Assembly: GCF_032062105.1 (NCBI RefSeq)
Contig: NW_026934169.1
Location: 1 to 64,000, forward strand
From: Saccostrea cucullata
Taxonomy: Eukaryota
Direction: 5' to 3'
DNA: 64,000 bases
The notes beneath the pieces were generated by a model, which saw only the letters and a program-made list of their open reading frames with translations, did no database searches and was not told the DNA's origin. Position 1 is the first letter of the stretch. Each line of letters opens with the position of its first letter. The position numbers were made by a program, and so were the translations under genes. Shown here in pieces: positions 50,628-64,000 of this stretch.

Positions 50628-53600
50628 CTAATAACTGCTTTCTTGATTCCTGTAATTTTGTTGACCCGAGTGTCGCCGACCTCTTGGAATGTAAAACTTT
50701 TGGAATTTTTCTCCGTCGTCAAAGTGCCTTCTCCATCTAGGGACATTCAAGTCTCTTGTTGAGTCATCATCATTGAAGTGACGTTTAGTAGGCCTGTTGG
50801 TAAATGATGAAGTAAATTTTGTCCAAGATATAAAAAAAATAATATTTTTAAATTTCTTTTTTTTATTGTATTATTCTCGGTTATTCAAAATTTGTTTGAA
50901 TAAAAAAATGAATGTTTAGAAGTTTATTTTCTTCATGTGATTAAAGGTTTGATGTTGAACTGGAAAATTACTCACGATCGACACCACCAGACAAGAACGG
51001 CAACAAGTAAAGTCACAAGAACAACTGAAGAAGCTGCAGAAACAGTGATAATGAAAGCAAGACTGGTAAATGGATCCTTGCTTGTTGGCGTCAACGTGGT
51101 TGAAATACAATCTAAAAAAACAATATTCAAAATTATTTTTCTAACATTTCTGCAATTATTCTTAATTATTTAATAAAAACCTTATCTTTGAAGTTTGAAC
51201 AGCTCTATGTTTTTATTTATTAAAACATGTTCAAATAGAAATATTTTTATTGGTAAATTTTATTAATCTAAAGTTTATCAAAGTAAATGAAAAATAAAAA
51301 CTATTTTCAATATTTAAATGAAACCAGACCATGTAGTCAAAAAAGGAAACACTGAAAGCAACTTATACTTTCTCTCATATTACATTCACACTACATTGAT
51401 TGGTAGAATCGAAATAGAATTTGCAAAAAGGTAGCAGATGATGCAAAAGACGAAAGTCTGACTTTTTAAAATTCTGAATAGTTAATTTTGCTATCAAAAT
51501 TAATATGCAACAAGGTTAATAAAATTCTACATCGTTCACCGAAGGACGAGTTAAATCTAAAGCAACTCTTGTGATCACCAATAGTATTCTCACTATTTTT
51601 ATTGTACAAAAATCAATATTGTTATAAAAAGATACTTCGAAATGAAATATAATGTAAGGTCCACATCGTGTCAGTTTAAGGTTGCTCTGATGCAGTAGAT
51701 AGAGAAAACAGAAAAAAACATATAGTTCTTTGGAAATATCAAATTTAGTAATTATCAAAAATAATTTTACCTTTATTCAATGACCAATCGAACTTTTGAC
51801 TTGAAGGATTGCAAACCTCACAGCTATTTCCTGGTTTGAAAGCTCCATGTCTTACGCACGTATTGTCAATAAAACAATACTCTGCCTATTTGTAAGGTAA
51901 GAAATAATCTATTCCTGTTAATATTGCATGTAATGCAGATTCATAGGTTTTAATGAATTATACATGTTACATTTCTCATAACATTATAAATCGACGAGTT
52001 TTAACTCAAGTGTATGCAACATTGTATCATATTTATTTATATAAAGAATACCTTAAGGTTGAACTGTTCAGCACCGTTGACATTAGAAATCTGCTGGCAT
52101 TTTGACTGATATTTGTATATCGAGTAAGACGGGGAGAATTGATTTCTATCGTAGGAGATTTTGAATGTAAACTTGGTAATCCAAGTCACCCTACTGTCCT
52201 CAGGCAAAGGGCACGCTCCTTGAAATAACGTTCGGTCATCTAGAGGTTCTTCAATGTCAGTGATATGCATGATTGTGTTGTTATGATGCACCTATATTAG
52301 AAATGGTAAAATGTAATGTTGTTGAAGATCTAAGAAAAGGTTGTATTTACGCAACCAAACACAAAACAAAATATTATTTGTACATGTAGTAAAAACAATG
52401 AACTATAACATGTTGCTTCTACCTACCAACTCTCTTGTAATAAAGCACGTTTTCTTAATATCCTCAAGGAAGTATCTGCCCTCTAGGAGAACTTCGGAAC
52501 AGGTCCGTGAAGATAAATCGCAAGTTCTATTTGGTGCAGTGTTAAGAATTGAGGGGGGTGCTCTGACATTGAAAGAGCAGTCATTTCCTCCAAACCCAGA
52601 ATCACACGTGCAGTTACCTGTTGGGTGTAAGTTTTTAATTATTTTAAATTTATCCCGGTCGATACAAACTAACAAAAATATTAATATACTTTCAGTTTGT
52701 ATACTGTGATGAATACTAAAAGGTAAATATTCACATCCAAGCCTAGAGGTTTGTGGGAATGATAAATGATCAACCTTATATACATGTATTTTTCTTAAAC
52801 TGTCGGTAATAAAATCTAATTTCGAACTCTTTTCAATTTTGTATGTGATAAACACTAATAAATGATCATCAGGATACTTATAAATGAACTCTGTACACTC
52901 CAAATTTAATGGGAACAAGAAAAAAAAATGTTTCAATATATTCTTTCATTTATTCATTTTGGGGTCAGCAGGGTTCTCCACGAGGGGTTTTACAATGGCG
53001 GCCCACCATGGTTAAATTAATGTGCGCCATGGTTAAACGAGCTGCGCCATGGTTAAAATCGACAGCCGCCATGATTAAATTTTTCTGCATTTCAGTCCTG
53101 ACACCTGCTTTTTTAATGACTTGAGTAGTTGATTATTGTGTTTATACTACGACTGCCATGCACCTCCCATGCCTCAAAGGAAAGCGGACTGTGCTAAACA
53201 AACACGTCGTTAATTAGCGAGTATGCTGTGAAGCGTGACAATCAATGGAGTGTCAATCAGCTGATCAGATGATAAATATCTTGAGAGTTTAATATCCTGT
53301 ACACATGTAAATAATTTGGGTAAACTTCAACATGTTCACTAAATTATTAGATATATAACGGGTTTATAAAAGATGACAATTACGAGGATGATAATCGTCA
53401 TGCATGCGAGTAAGGTTTCTGTGCCACAAAACCTAGGCCTACTCTATAAAATTTTATATTTCTCTGTATTTAATCAATTTCCCATGCTCTGTTTTTTTAA
53501 GCTTTAACTTTATTATCTATCTGATAAAATGTGCATAGGGTCTACATCTCAATCGCAGTCTTAGTCTTGGTTTTAGAGTTACTTCCCGTTGTTGTGAAAC

Positions 53601-56600
53601 GTCGTGTGGCGCTATTTTTAGCACTTGAATACGTGGGGAAGTAAACAAAACATGGTGAAAAATGCAGTAACTTGAAAAATAAACGTTTAGAAAAAAGGGA
53701 CACTTGACCAAATGTTCCTAAATGTGTTTAAACTTAATAAACATACTGCCTATTGATCAGTTTTAGTCGTATTGAACAAAACATTTCATACAACAAGCTA
53801 CAATTCCCTATAATTATTAATTTCTGAAAAATATTGCCATGGTTACTGACTTACTGACGTTTTTCTTCTTTAGAAGGTAACTACAGTTTTGGACAAATTT
53901 TGGTACATTTGTGAAGTAAGATACAGGATAAATCCTTTTCAATTTAATTATTATTTTTTAACTTTAAAAAGTGTTAGTTATTCCATTGCTGTGTTGCAGT
54001 GGTTAAGTTTAAAAATTGTAAAACCAATCATTGATTAAATAAGATTAGGAAGTCTAACAAGCATTCCTTTTTTTCAGCCACATTTCGCTTCGCGCAGCTT
54101 CCTCCATGGTTAAATTTTCAAATGTGGAGAACCCAGACTCAGGTTAAAAAAAATTAACATGAACTGTATAGCTTACAAAAAGTATGGTTTTCAATAAATA
54201 CTATTCTCTGACAGTCAAGGTCAGAAAAAAAAATTTCTCGTCTTTGTTGCAAGTTTCTGAACCCCACATACATTTTTTTTCTTATTAAATGCCTCTACAT
54301 TGTATGTGCTCAATATTGTTAATATATATATAAATTTATATATAACCTTCGTTGCAGACTCCATGACCACTACAATTATTTGAACACAGCGACTGAAGTT
54401 GATACGTGACATCAGGCTGCTCTGTCTTTAGTGTGGTGTTCAGGTCTAGAAAGTTAATGCACTGCTGAAGGGCAGCTTCAATATGGATCACTGTTATGTT
54501 TACATCTCCAGTCAACTAAAAATTAAATTCACCTTTCTTTATTCTTGAACTTTAAGACAATAATTAATTGATGTATAAAATGACCATGAAAGGATAGTTA
54601 CTCTGACGTCCATGATGCAGTTCGACAGCGAGGCATTGGTCATGTCACTGACATACTGCTCACATGTCTGGAATGGAGCTGAATTTATAAACGCAGATTT
54701 ACAGACACTCTCAGCTATGGTCTGGTTTGAGACGTAAATTGTTTGATCCCGCTTTTGTCGACCCTAAAAAATAATATTTTTACATGAAATGTAAACTTGT
54801 CAAATTTCATATTCTACAAATTGTAGTCTTTAACGAAAAGTTGTACTCACAACGGCAATACTTCCTTGAACAGAATATTCCGGGTTACTGTTCAGATGAA
54901 CAGCCCTCTTTCTACGTGTTGGTTGCACCTGGCCCATTGTTTGAGAGCAATGGAACTGTTTTCCTTTAGGTTTCGAACATTCTGAGAATGTGTGATAAGA
55001 ACACTGTTCCCCGTTGACAGGACAAGAACAAATTTTATCAAGAGTTTTGGATATTTGCGGGCGATCTAATGGTACACTGTTTAAGAGGTTTTCGTGGTTC
55101 TGGACGCTGTAAAAAAAAAATCAGTAGTCAAATTATACATTGGTAAAGACATATTTGGATTGCAATTTGACACTACTCAGGTAATCTACCATGAACTGTA
55201 TTAAAGGATGCATTATTATGAGTTTTTTTAGGAAACATATTGCAAATTTCTCAATAAAATGCTTTATAAGAATTATTACATCCAGGATCTAGAAAACTCA
55301 TCAGGAAATTCCAAGCTCAGTCTGCTTCCGCTTTTGTTCGTAAACTCGTTTTGTCTATCGCCATCTAACGTTCCACAGAGACCCTCAGTGTTGTTAAAGT
55401 CAGCCAAAGACGGGTAGATATCTAGGTCTATCTGCCATGATCCTTCAACGGGCCATTCCACCAATGATATGGTCACAGAGGTTCCAGTGGGGAGTAGTAC
55501 CTGAACGTGTAATATTTTAACATTTAGGTTAAATTTTGAGATGATTTTCATATAATAAAAATATATATATTTGCATTATTTGAAATAGAGTGTTCCTAGG
55601 AACGCACGTTTCGCGTGCTTTTAGTTTCTTTAAAGATGTAATTAAATTTAAGAGTGTTGAGTTATTTATATGCTATTAGTATATACAGTATTTCATGCAA
55701 AAAATAACTAGCATTATAACTCATAAATGCACAATAACATCCACACATAGTGTAAGACTGCGATAGAATATGTCAATCACAAAAAAATATGACAGACAGA
55801 CGGATGGACAGACAGATAGACATACATACACCGGGTAGAGTGACCCCTTAGTACCGCTTGATCCCCATCCCGATACATTTCATAACACTTAAATATCAGT
55901 TTGTATGGGTACATTATACAGTTTCAAAGAACACTACTACGAGCTCATAAACATTAATAAATGTTATTGACCAACACCCAAAACTCAGAATTCATGTCTT
56001 TTTTAAATTAAATTGCCCAGGACATTCTTTGTAAAGTATGTCAAAGGTTAAGGTTAAGTGAATTGTTACGCTGGTATTTTTCATAATGTTTTATGACAAT
56101 CAGTGCGCATGTTAAATAGCATAGAATTACCCCTTGAATGCCAAAAATATGCTGTATATTGGCATGTTGAATTTCTTATTTAAGTAGATCAAAAGAAGGG
56201 TCAATGTCATGAGGTCAATAATAATTGCAATTTACAAATGCCATAGTACCAAACTATATATGTGCAAAATATCAATTCGTTATCTCTTAGAGTTCTTGAG
56301 ATACGAGGTATGACAGACGGACAGAAAGACAGACACTGGGTAAAGTGATCCATTAATGCCGCTCTGCTCTGCAGGCGATACAAAAATCTAAATTTATACA
56401 CAATATGACGATAATTTATTAATGTAACTGTAACATTGCACACATCAATTAGTACTATTCAGTGTTTTGATAATTTGTTTATAAAGAGCAAACCTTATAG
56501 TTTTTATCCGTAATTCTGTATACTTCAATAACGTTATCTTGACATCTAAGAAAGTCCATAAAATTGTTGTTTTCACAAATGTCAATCAAGAACACGTCAT

Positions 56601-59600
56601 TTCCTGACTGCACGGAAACAGCACACGTGCACTGCGGGAAAGGGTAATTTACGTGGCATTTCTCGTGACGAGTTTGAATCTTAAAGAAAGAAAAGAAAAT
56701 ATTCAGAAATGTGCTCACAATTCATCTTTTTTTTCATTTGAATCGCTGCAAACCAAAAAATTTGTCTACATGTCTTACCTCTTGATTGTATTTCAAATTA
56801 CGGTACAGGATAAACTCCCCTGCAATATGGCTATCAAATGCCCTGTAAATTGGAGTTAATTTTCTTTTATGAATTCGCTATACAAATCACCACTTAGGAT
56901 CTCCAAGGGAGAGATTGGTTTATAAGGAAACCATTTTTATTTTCAAATCATTAAACTGTAAATTAAGAATATCTCTAATCTAGCCCTGGTTACCAGCATC
57001 ATATGAATTAAAAGTGATATGTGTTGTTTTACAATTATAGTACAATAATGTAAGACCACGTGTATTTAAACGATCTCAATAGAAAAAAAAACGAAAATTA
57101 TAAAAAAAAAAAAATATGCAATTTTTAGTTGGATTGATACTTAAAATTTCTTCTTGTTAAGTAATTTTTCTGATTATTTTTCAACTCTATTTAATTTTCA
57201 TGAAGTTTTTATTAAAAGCAAAATTCCATGGATAATTATTTTATTATTCTGAGAAGCCAGTGAATACTTTCAGTTACCGAACTCCTGATTTGTGAGCCAT
57301 GAGGATAGGATGACCTTGATATTTAAAAAAAAATGTTCTCAGAATGCTTGCATTTAAAAGTCAATCATCTTTTAAAGAAACATTTCTTACACTCCATCAA
57401 ATGTATATAAATGAGGATCAGTTTTTGAACCGCAAGATTTTCCCTTCCACATGTCGTCGTCTTCAAAAATTTCAATCTGAAAAAGATTTTTTTCCAATAT
57501 TAAACATATATATGTAAATATTTTTAATTAACAAAAGTGTTTCTGGGTGCTTACCGACATATTGTCTAGAGACATATTATGGAAAAATCCATCTTCATTT
57601 TCACTTGTTCTCAAGTGAAGTGTAGCTGTTTTGTCGATGTAATATCCATCTGAGTCAATATGATATACCGTAATGTTGTGCATTTTTCGCCATTCATCTG
57701 AGTTATACTTTCTCTTTTCGTCATAGGAATAAGCATTGATTTCAAGAGTACAGTGATCAACACCTATTGAACCTTTACAACCATTTTCTGACATAGGAAT
57801 GTTACTGTGAATCCTCAAGGAGCTGAGCGCCTTAACGGTATCATTTACCATGACTGTTGGAGTCACAAACGGAACAGTCAGATAAAAACCAATTTGAGCC
57901 TTGCCTTTCCTGGGAAGACTAATTTTAGTGTCAATCATCTGTAAGTAAAAAGTTTTTGGATGAAATGTTGCACTTGCACAAGTTTAAGGCATTAAAACAC
58001 AGATTCATGAATTGCTGTTTTATATGTAAACGATCATTCTTTCATCATTTAATATCGGTTGTTTATCCCTCCAATATAAACAAACCATGTTGATAAAATA
58101 ATCTACAGGTTTCTTAAAAAGAAATTTACCATTATCCCCGCGAAGAATAAATTACTTTCTGACATTTTGCATGGAGCAATAAGCTGATCCATTGTAGCAC
58201 CAACCTTGCAGAGTATCTAAAATTAATTGAAAAAACATTGATGAGAATAAAAATTTCAAATTTTTATTAGTTATTTGAAAAACAATTTATGTGTTTTGTC
58301 ATGAAGTTGCGCTGATTGATTTTGTGATTTCATAAAATGCATAGTTTGATTTTGAGTTTTTATTGATTATTGTCATTTCAAAAAAAATATTCGTTTATAT
58401 AATTTGTCAGATGCTTGTATAACCATAAATGTCCCTTTAATACATGTATGCAAGGGAATAGTGAGAATTGTTTCATTTAAGATCAGTGGCAACACAGATT
58501 CTGTTTTTTTAGTCCCAATCAAAGAATGTTATACATCATGTTATGACGATCGTTTATGTCAATTCCCTTCTCCACTGATATTTCACATTCTAAGCTTGAT
58601 TCGTGTCATGGTCATTACTAGTTTCAACCGCAGGATCTGGAGCAAGTCCTGAATAAACCGAGTCCAAAGTATGTATTGGAACAAAAAATATCCTCAAATG
58701 ACAAAAAAATTATCCCTCATTGACAAATGGGCCTGAGTACCGAAAATGTCAAAACTTGCAGCCTTAAAAGGCAAGTATTGGAGTAAACATTACAGAGAAC
58801 CATTCTCGAGATGTACATTTAACAATCACTAAAAAAAAGTTTAAATGCCTGCAAAGATTTTAGTTTTTTATTTTTATTTTCAGAAGAATAAACATGTTAC
58901 CTCAACTCCAGAATTTCTGTTGAAGGATATCAAATCCTGTAATGATAATGTAGAATATTTGTCAGGCGATCCTTGTAGAACCTCTGATTTGACGAGTGTG
59001 TGATTATTAACATACCACTCCACTTTGTAGAAGACTTGGTTGTTAGGGGAAGAGACAAAATTACATTTTAGATTCACTGACGGGTTGTGTATGATCTGCT
59101 TTGTTTTTCCTTCTGTTTGGATTGAAGTGTTCCAAGAGATGTTGGAGTAAGTTACTGTTATACTCTCAATATTCAATTCAACACCTAAAATGTATTTAAA
59201 AATCAGTTTAAAAATTCAAGAAGTACTTTGTGATTACGTATTTAGTTCAGTGAAAAAAAATTTGAATGGGATGTAAAACAACATATAATCAATCATTCAA
59301 AATGATCTTAATAATGTTAATTATCTTCTCACAAGAAGAGGCTGTTGTTCTGTCCTGAGTTGTTGTCATGGATTTACTGCTCACTGGATTCTCTTCAGTT
59401 GTACTTGTTTTTATTGTTGGTGCAGCTGTACTAGTTGTTTGTTCTTGTGTTGTTGTTGTGGGTGCAGCTGTACTTGTTAATTGAACTTTTGTTGTGGGTG
59501 CAGCTGTACTTGTTAATTGAACTGTTGTTGTGAGTGCAGCTGTACTAGTTGTTTGTTCTGTTGTTGTTGTGGGTGCAGCTGCACTAGCTGTTGTTGTGGG

Positions 59601-62600
59601 TGCCGCTGTACTAGTTGTTGTTGTGGGTGCAGCTGTACTAGATGTTTGTTCTGGTGTTGTTGTTATGGGTGCAGCTGTACTAATTGTTTGTTCAGTTGTT
59701 GTTGTTGTGGATGCAGCTGAACTTGTTGTTGTGGGTGCAGCTGTACTAGTTGTTTGTTCTGGTGTTGTTGTTGTGGGTGCAGCTGTACTAGTTGTTTCTT
59801 CATTTGTTGTTGTTGTGGGTGCAGCTGTACTTGTTGTTGTGGGTGCAGCTGTACTTGTCTGTTCTTGTGTTGTTGTTGTGGGTACAGCTGTACTAGTTGT
59901 TTGCTCTGGTGTTGTTGTTGTGGGTGAAGCTGTACTTGTTGTTGTTGTGGTGGGTACAGCTGTACTTGTTGTTGTTATGGGTGCAACTGTACTAGTTGTC
60001 TGTTCTGGTGTTGCTGTTGTGGGTGCAGCTGAACTTGTTGTTGTTGTGGGTACAGCTATACTAGTTGTTTGTTCAGTTGTTGTTGTTGTGGGTGCTGCTG
60101 TATTGGTCGTTTGTTCTGTTGTTGTTGTTGTGGGTGCAGCTGTACTAGTTGTTTGTATTGTTGTTGTTGTTGTGGGTGCTGCTGAACTAGTTGTTTGTTC
60201 AGTTGTTGTTGTTGTGGGTGCTGCTGTACTTGTTGTTGTTGTGGTTGCAGCTGTACTTGTTGTCTGTTTTTGTTTTGTTGTTGTGGGTACAGCTGTACTA
60301 GTTGTTTGTACTGTTGTTGTTGTTGTTGTTGGTGCAGCTGTACTTTCTTCTGGTGTTGTTTGTGCAGCTGTACTTGTTGATTTAGGGTAGTTGTAGATTC
60401 TGATGCAGTTGTTAATTGTATGGTTGTTGTTTGTACCATTGATGTTGTTGTGCATTCTAAAATGTAAATATATAAAAAAAAACTTCTTTTTAATTTGATC
60501 ACTGAAAACAATCTTTTAAACAATGCATCCATTTTTTTTTTACAAATGATCGGTGAAAACTATCTTTTTAAATATATATATATAATGTAATTTTTAAACC
60601 TACCAATTGAAAATAATTATTGTAAGCGTTTTAGTCAAATATATATATAAAGTTATCTTCGTTAGAATTTCACATAGTTAACAACCAGTTCAACTTGCTT
60701 AAAGTATCGTCCAAGAAGTATGTACATGTACAATGATTTTTTTTAAATGACTTAATGAAAAGTTTCTTTTTCAGGTTAAAATCCCAAAGAAAGAATTGAA
60801 ATATCTCTATACAGTTACCTGGACTAAAAGACCATATACTCTGTCCCAAAGATGTATTGCAGTAATAACAGTCATTGGTAACATTCTTCTGTCCATTTGC
60901 CAAACACCGGTTATTGATTTCACAGTATTCTTAAACGTCAAATAATATAGTTTTGATATTAAATACTAATACAGTAGATATGCTTAAAATCAATATTGTT
61001 AACTGTGTCTTTTTTATATAAAGAGTAAAAAAGGGTCTACTTTGTCAACACAGTCTTAAGAAATCTGAAAGAAGGTCATTTCAAAGGTACCTGGGTTTTT
61101 ACTCCAGGAAAGTTGATTGGTAGTTACGTTACAATGATGGCAGAGATATGAAGAATTTGTGCCTCCATCCACAAAACATCCATCGTTAATAAGACAATAA
61201 TCTGTAAATAAATTTTTCACGTAAAAAAAAGCCTGGGGCACATTTTTTATAGACGTTCTGTTCAATCACATACATATACCTTAATTTTGGTTGCATGTGA
61301 ACAGTTTTGAAAATGACTTTTATAAAAGAAGCTATAAGGATTTCTTCTTAATTGCTTGTTAACAAAATTCTCCTTCATTCTTATTTAATTCTTAATAATT
61401 GTGCGGTTTTTTTTGGTTATATCTGCTTAAGGACCATCTCTACACAAGTGCAAATTTTTTTTTGGACTTTGAGAAAAATATATTGTATAAAGGGGTTTAT
61501 ATGGAGGTTATTTATTTAAGTTTCACTGTATGGTGCATGGTTTTTACCCCTGGGAAAAATGTTCAAAGACAACATACTATCCCTGAATAGAAATCACTGT
61601 TAATTACTTAAATAGAGAAAATACATGCAAATAACATGTTCAATTAATTTATCTTGGCCTTTAAAATGTTAAGAATACTTAAATTAATTACAAATTGAGT
61701 TATATATTGTAAATTTCATTTTTAGAGAAAATACATGCAAATAACATGTTCAACTAATTTATCTTATCTTATCTTATCTTATTGTAGTTTCATTTTTTTT
61801 AGAATTTAGATCTAAGTGTATATCACTCTTACTCAAGAAAAATTCCTAAGAATCAGAACTCTTTAGTGTGCAGTGTAGAGAGGGTTCTTAAACTAAAACA
61901 CAAGGAAACAGCCTGTCCACGATTGGCAAGGAAATTCCTTCCTTAAAGCTGAACGCTTCACCAAAATAGGCACGGTCAGAGGATGTATGAACCGTTCGCT
62001 TTCGTTACACCCGATTGCACACTTGAAACTCGTGGCCGACACGTGTACTCCTTTCGTGGTCTTCGATTTTGTGCGTTTATTTCTTGTTTTCATGTGCATT
62101 TTCTGTTTGTAAATAATGTATTGACCTGTATCTTTTCATGATACTTTTCCGCTGTTTTGGAGAAAATACGTAAAATTCGTTAATTTCATCGAGATTGAGT
62201 AGCAAGAAGTGTAAGATGTACGTCTACACACGTCGGATCTCTACAGTGAAATACAGTGAACTGATTAGCGATCTGCTTCTTATATACGGGTTGTAGGGAG
62301 ATCGTACAAAAACAGGAAATATAGCGGACTTTGCCTATTTACGGGTAGTGTTCAGCTTTTATCATAATGAAAATTATTAATTAGGTCTCGACTGATATGA
62401 AAATAATTAGCCGAGAATTCGAAAAAAAAAAAATGACACCCCCTCCACCCTCACAAAATCAAATGGTCATCCCCTTAAATGGTAATTTTAGAGCTTCTAA
62501 CATTGCTTGGTGCCTTTGTTTACTGTGAACTTAAATAAAAATGAGTGTGTTCTTACCTTTCTTTAACTGCCATTGTGTTGTACTGATACTGGAGTTACAT

Positions 62601-62667
62601 ACTTTACATTCCATTTTAGCATCTGCATCACCGTCCTTGACACATAATCCATCGATGAAACAATATT
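50628..62667 (-). CDS. VWDE-like type I transmembrane mucin (Cys-rich repeats, PTS mucin, VWD, C8-like, EGF, TM); 5' part beyond the window
   Basis: 19 GT-AG exons: 62667-62557, 61201-61091, 60929-60819, 60456-59333, 59184-58901, 58216-58130, 57938-57555, 57476-57391, 56842-56779, 56679-56494, 55500-55280, 55106-54851, 54763-54602, 54515-54347, 52617-52427, 52291-52052, 51885-51771, 51111-50976, 50793-50628. Motifs CGSKTDPHLYTFDG, TEGLCGTLDGD, CSNNCSGHGVCNEGNCTCDSGFGGNDCS, TM LAFIITVSAASSVVLVTLLVAVLVWW. Phases are consistent except for one frameshift near 60386. Confidence 0.88.
52969..54136. mobile_element. Non-autonomous hAT-like element in an intron
   Basis: TIRs cagggttctccac / gtggagaacccag (12/13); repeated ccatggttaaa subterminal motifs; no clean 8-bp TSD. 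Confidence 0.6.
59400..60380 (-). repeat. Coding Thr-rich mucin tandem repeats (TTSTAAPTTTT.EQ)
   Basis: ORF 59289-60455 translation. Confidence 0.93.
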
Positions 62668-62924
62668 CTACAGTATAATTTCAAAGTTAATCGTAGAATT
62701 TACTAGTTTTTTACAGACCCAAAAGATGTTCTTTGTTCGAAGAAAAGCATATCAATAAAGAGACCATTAGTTTTTCAATCCTTATATTCCCGCTTTCGTA
62801 AGATTTTTTCATCCTTTACATGTATTTATTTATATGTAAACTGTGTCCCCTGTTTGGTCCCAACCCTTAGCCAGGGTGTCATGAACTGAAAAAAAACTTC
62901 AATCTACTCTACTTATGAATAAAT

Positions 62925-63588
62925 ACAAGAGACCCATGGGCCTTATAGGTCACCAGAGCATCATGCACCAACTTTCAAATGATTGAATTTGGTTCATGTT
63001 TTAAGCTAGATGCTATGACATTCACAATTTTGAAAGAGGCACCATTGCTTATCATAACTATACACTTAACAACTGCTCAGTTTGTTTACTTAATACCCAT
63101 AAGCAGAGAAGGGGAACAAAAATGCATTTCAACCAATCAGGAGTATTCAGCAATAATCAGAAGTGCCCCTACCACACATGAAACCCTGACCTTATGTCTA
63201 CACATTGCACAATTTTTGAAAAGGCACACTTGCGTATCAAAAATGTTTGATTCATACCAAAGAGCAGATTTCAAACAATTCATTTTCAGTATATAAGTAG
63301 AGCCCCCCTCCCCCTTTGGTATCTCTGACCCAGGGGCCTTGAAATTTTCAATTCTGGAAGAAGAGCCCTTGCACACCATAACTATATAGGAGGTTCATCT
63401 GCTTATTACCCAGGAGTAGAGAAAAAGATTTTCATAGATGTAATGTATTTTCACTATATGATTATAATAAAGCTACGCCTAACACATTAACCCCTGACCC
63501 TGGAGCCATACAATTCACAATTTTGGAAAAGGCAATCTTGCTCATCATAACTTTCTACTTAATTAGTTTATCAAATACTTTGGAACAC

Positions 63589-63627
<39 letters not shown>

Positions 63628-63900
63628 GAATCAATAGAGCCCCGTCCTAACACCTTAAACCCTGATCCTGGGGCCATAAAATTTACACTTTTGGTAGAGG
63701 CACTGTTGCTCATCACAACTATCAACTTAGTAAATTTATTTCATACCCAGAAGCAGAGAAGAAGATTTTAAAAGATTTAATGCATTTTCACTATAATTAT
63801 ATTCAATAGAACCCCACACTAGCACCAGAACCTCTGACCCTGGGACCATAAAATTCAAAATTTAAGTAGAGGCACTGTTGATCATTACAACTATACTCTT
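62925..63900 (-). mobile_element. HINE/Helitron-type element with ~168-bp satellite-like internal repeats
   Basis: Terminus acaagagacccatgggccttataggtcacc. agaagatttt...taatgcattttcactat units at about 63418, 63587 and 63755. Confidence 0.75.
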
Positions 63901-64000
63901 CAAAAAAAGAAACGCATCGTAGAATTTAAGTGACACATTGAACATAAAGATTATTTAGTAAAATGATGCATTGATAAAACAGAAATGTGGTAAGCAACAG

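Noticed and set aside
59517-60532. Val-rich, Cys-rich (metallothionein-like) and Gln-rich ORFs
   Set aside because: Antisense or alternative-frame shadows of the Thr-rich mucin exon.
61893-62099. THAP-like fragment (CAIGCN)
   Set aside because: Only a partial motif; remaining THAP residues and element ends not recognisable.

Overview
AT-rich, intron-rich eukaryotic DNA, very likely a bivalve mollusc such as an oyster (inferred from Helentron/HINE-type repeats beginning ttttagctcacctgagc and ~168-bp internal units). It is not prokaryotic, so most entries in the ORF track are exon fragments or noise. Hand splicing recovers four main things. (1) A five-coding-exon, 73-aa secreted prepropeptide gene missed by the ORF track (+, 8195-14732): signal peptide, two duplicated 45-nt exons, then RIAR|APPDYPW-G-stop. 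The probable terminal exon and 3'UTR of a paralogue lies at the window start. (2) Two tandem three-exon cysteine dioxygenase genes (-, 22836-30024 and 33561-44752) with extra Cys clusters and a GT-to-GC donor switch. (3) The 3' 19 exons of a VWDE-like type I transmembrane mucin (-, 50628-62667) with an apparent frameshift in the mucin exon. (4) A dense repeat landscape: a 77 x 44-bp satellite, a decayed CR1-type LINE with a 2A-like motif, a 7.2-kb foldback element (43-bp TIRs, 9-bp TSD, inverted 36-bp minisatellite arms) inside a CDO intron, spliced transposase relics, many MITEs and HINEs, tRNA-derived tandem units next to a 135-N gap, and a 61-bp-arm palindrome. All gene models are manual predictions with no expression data.
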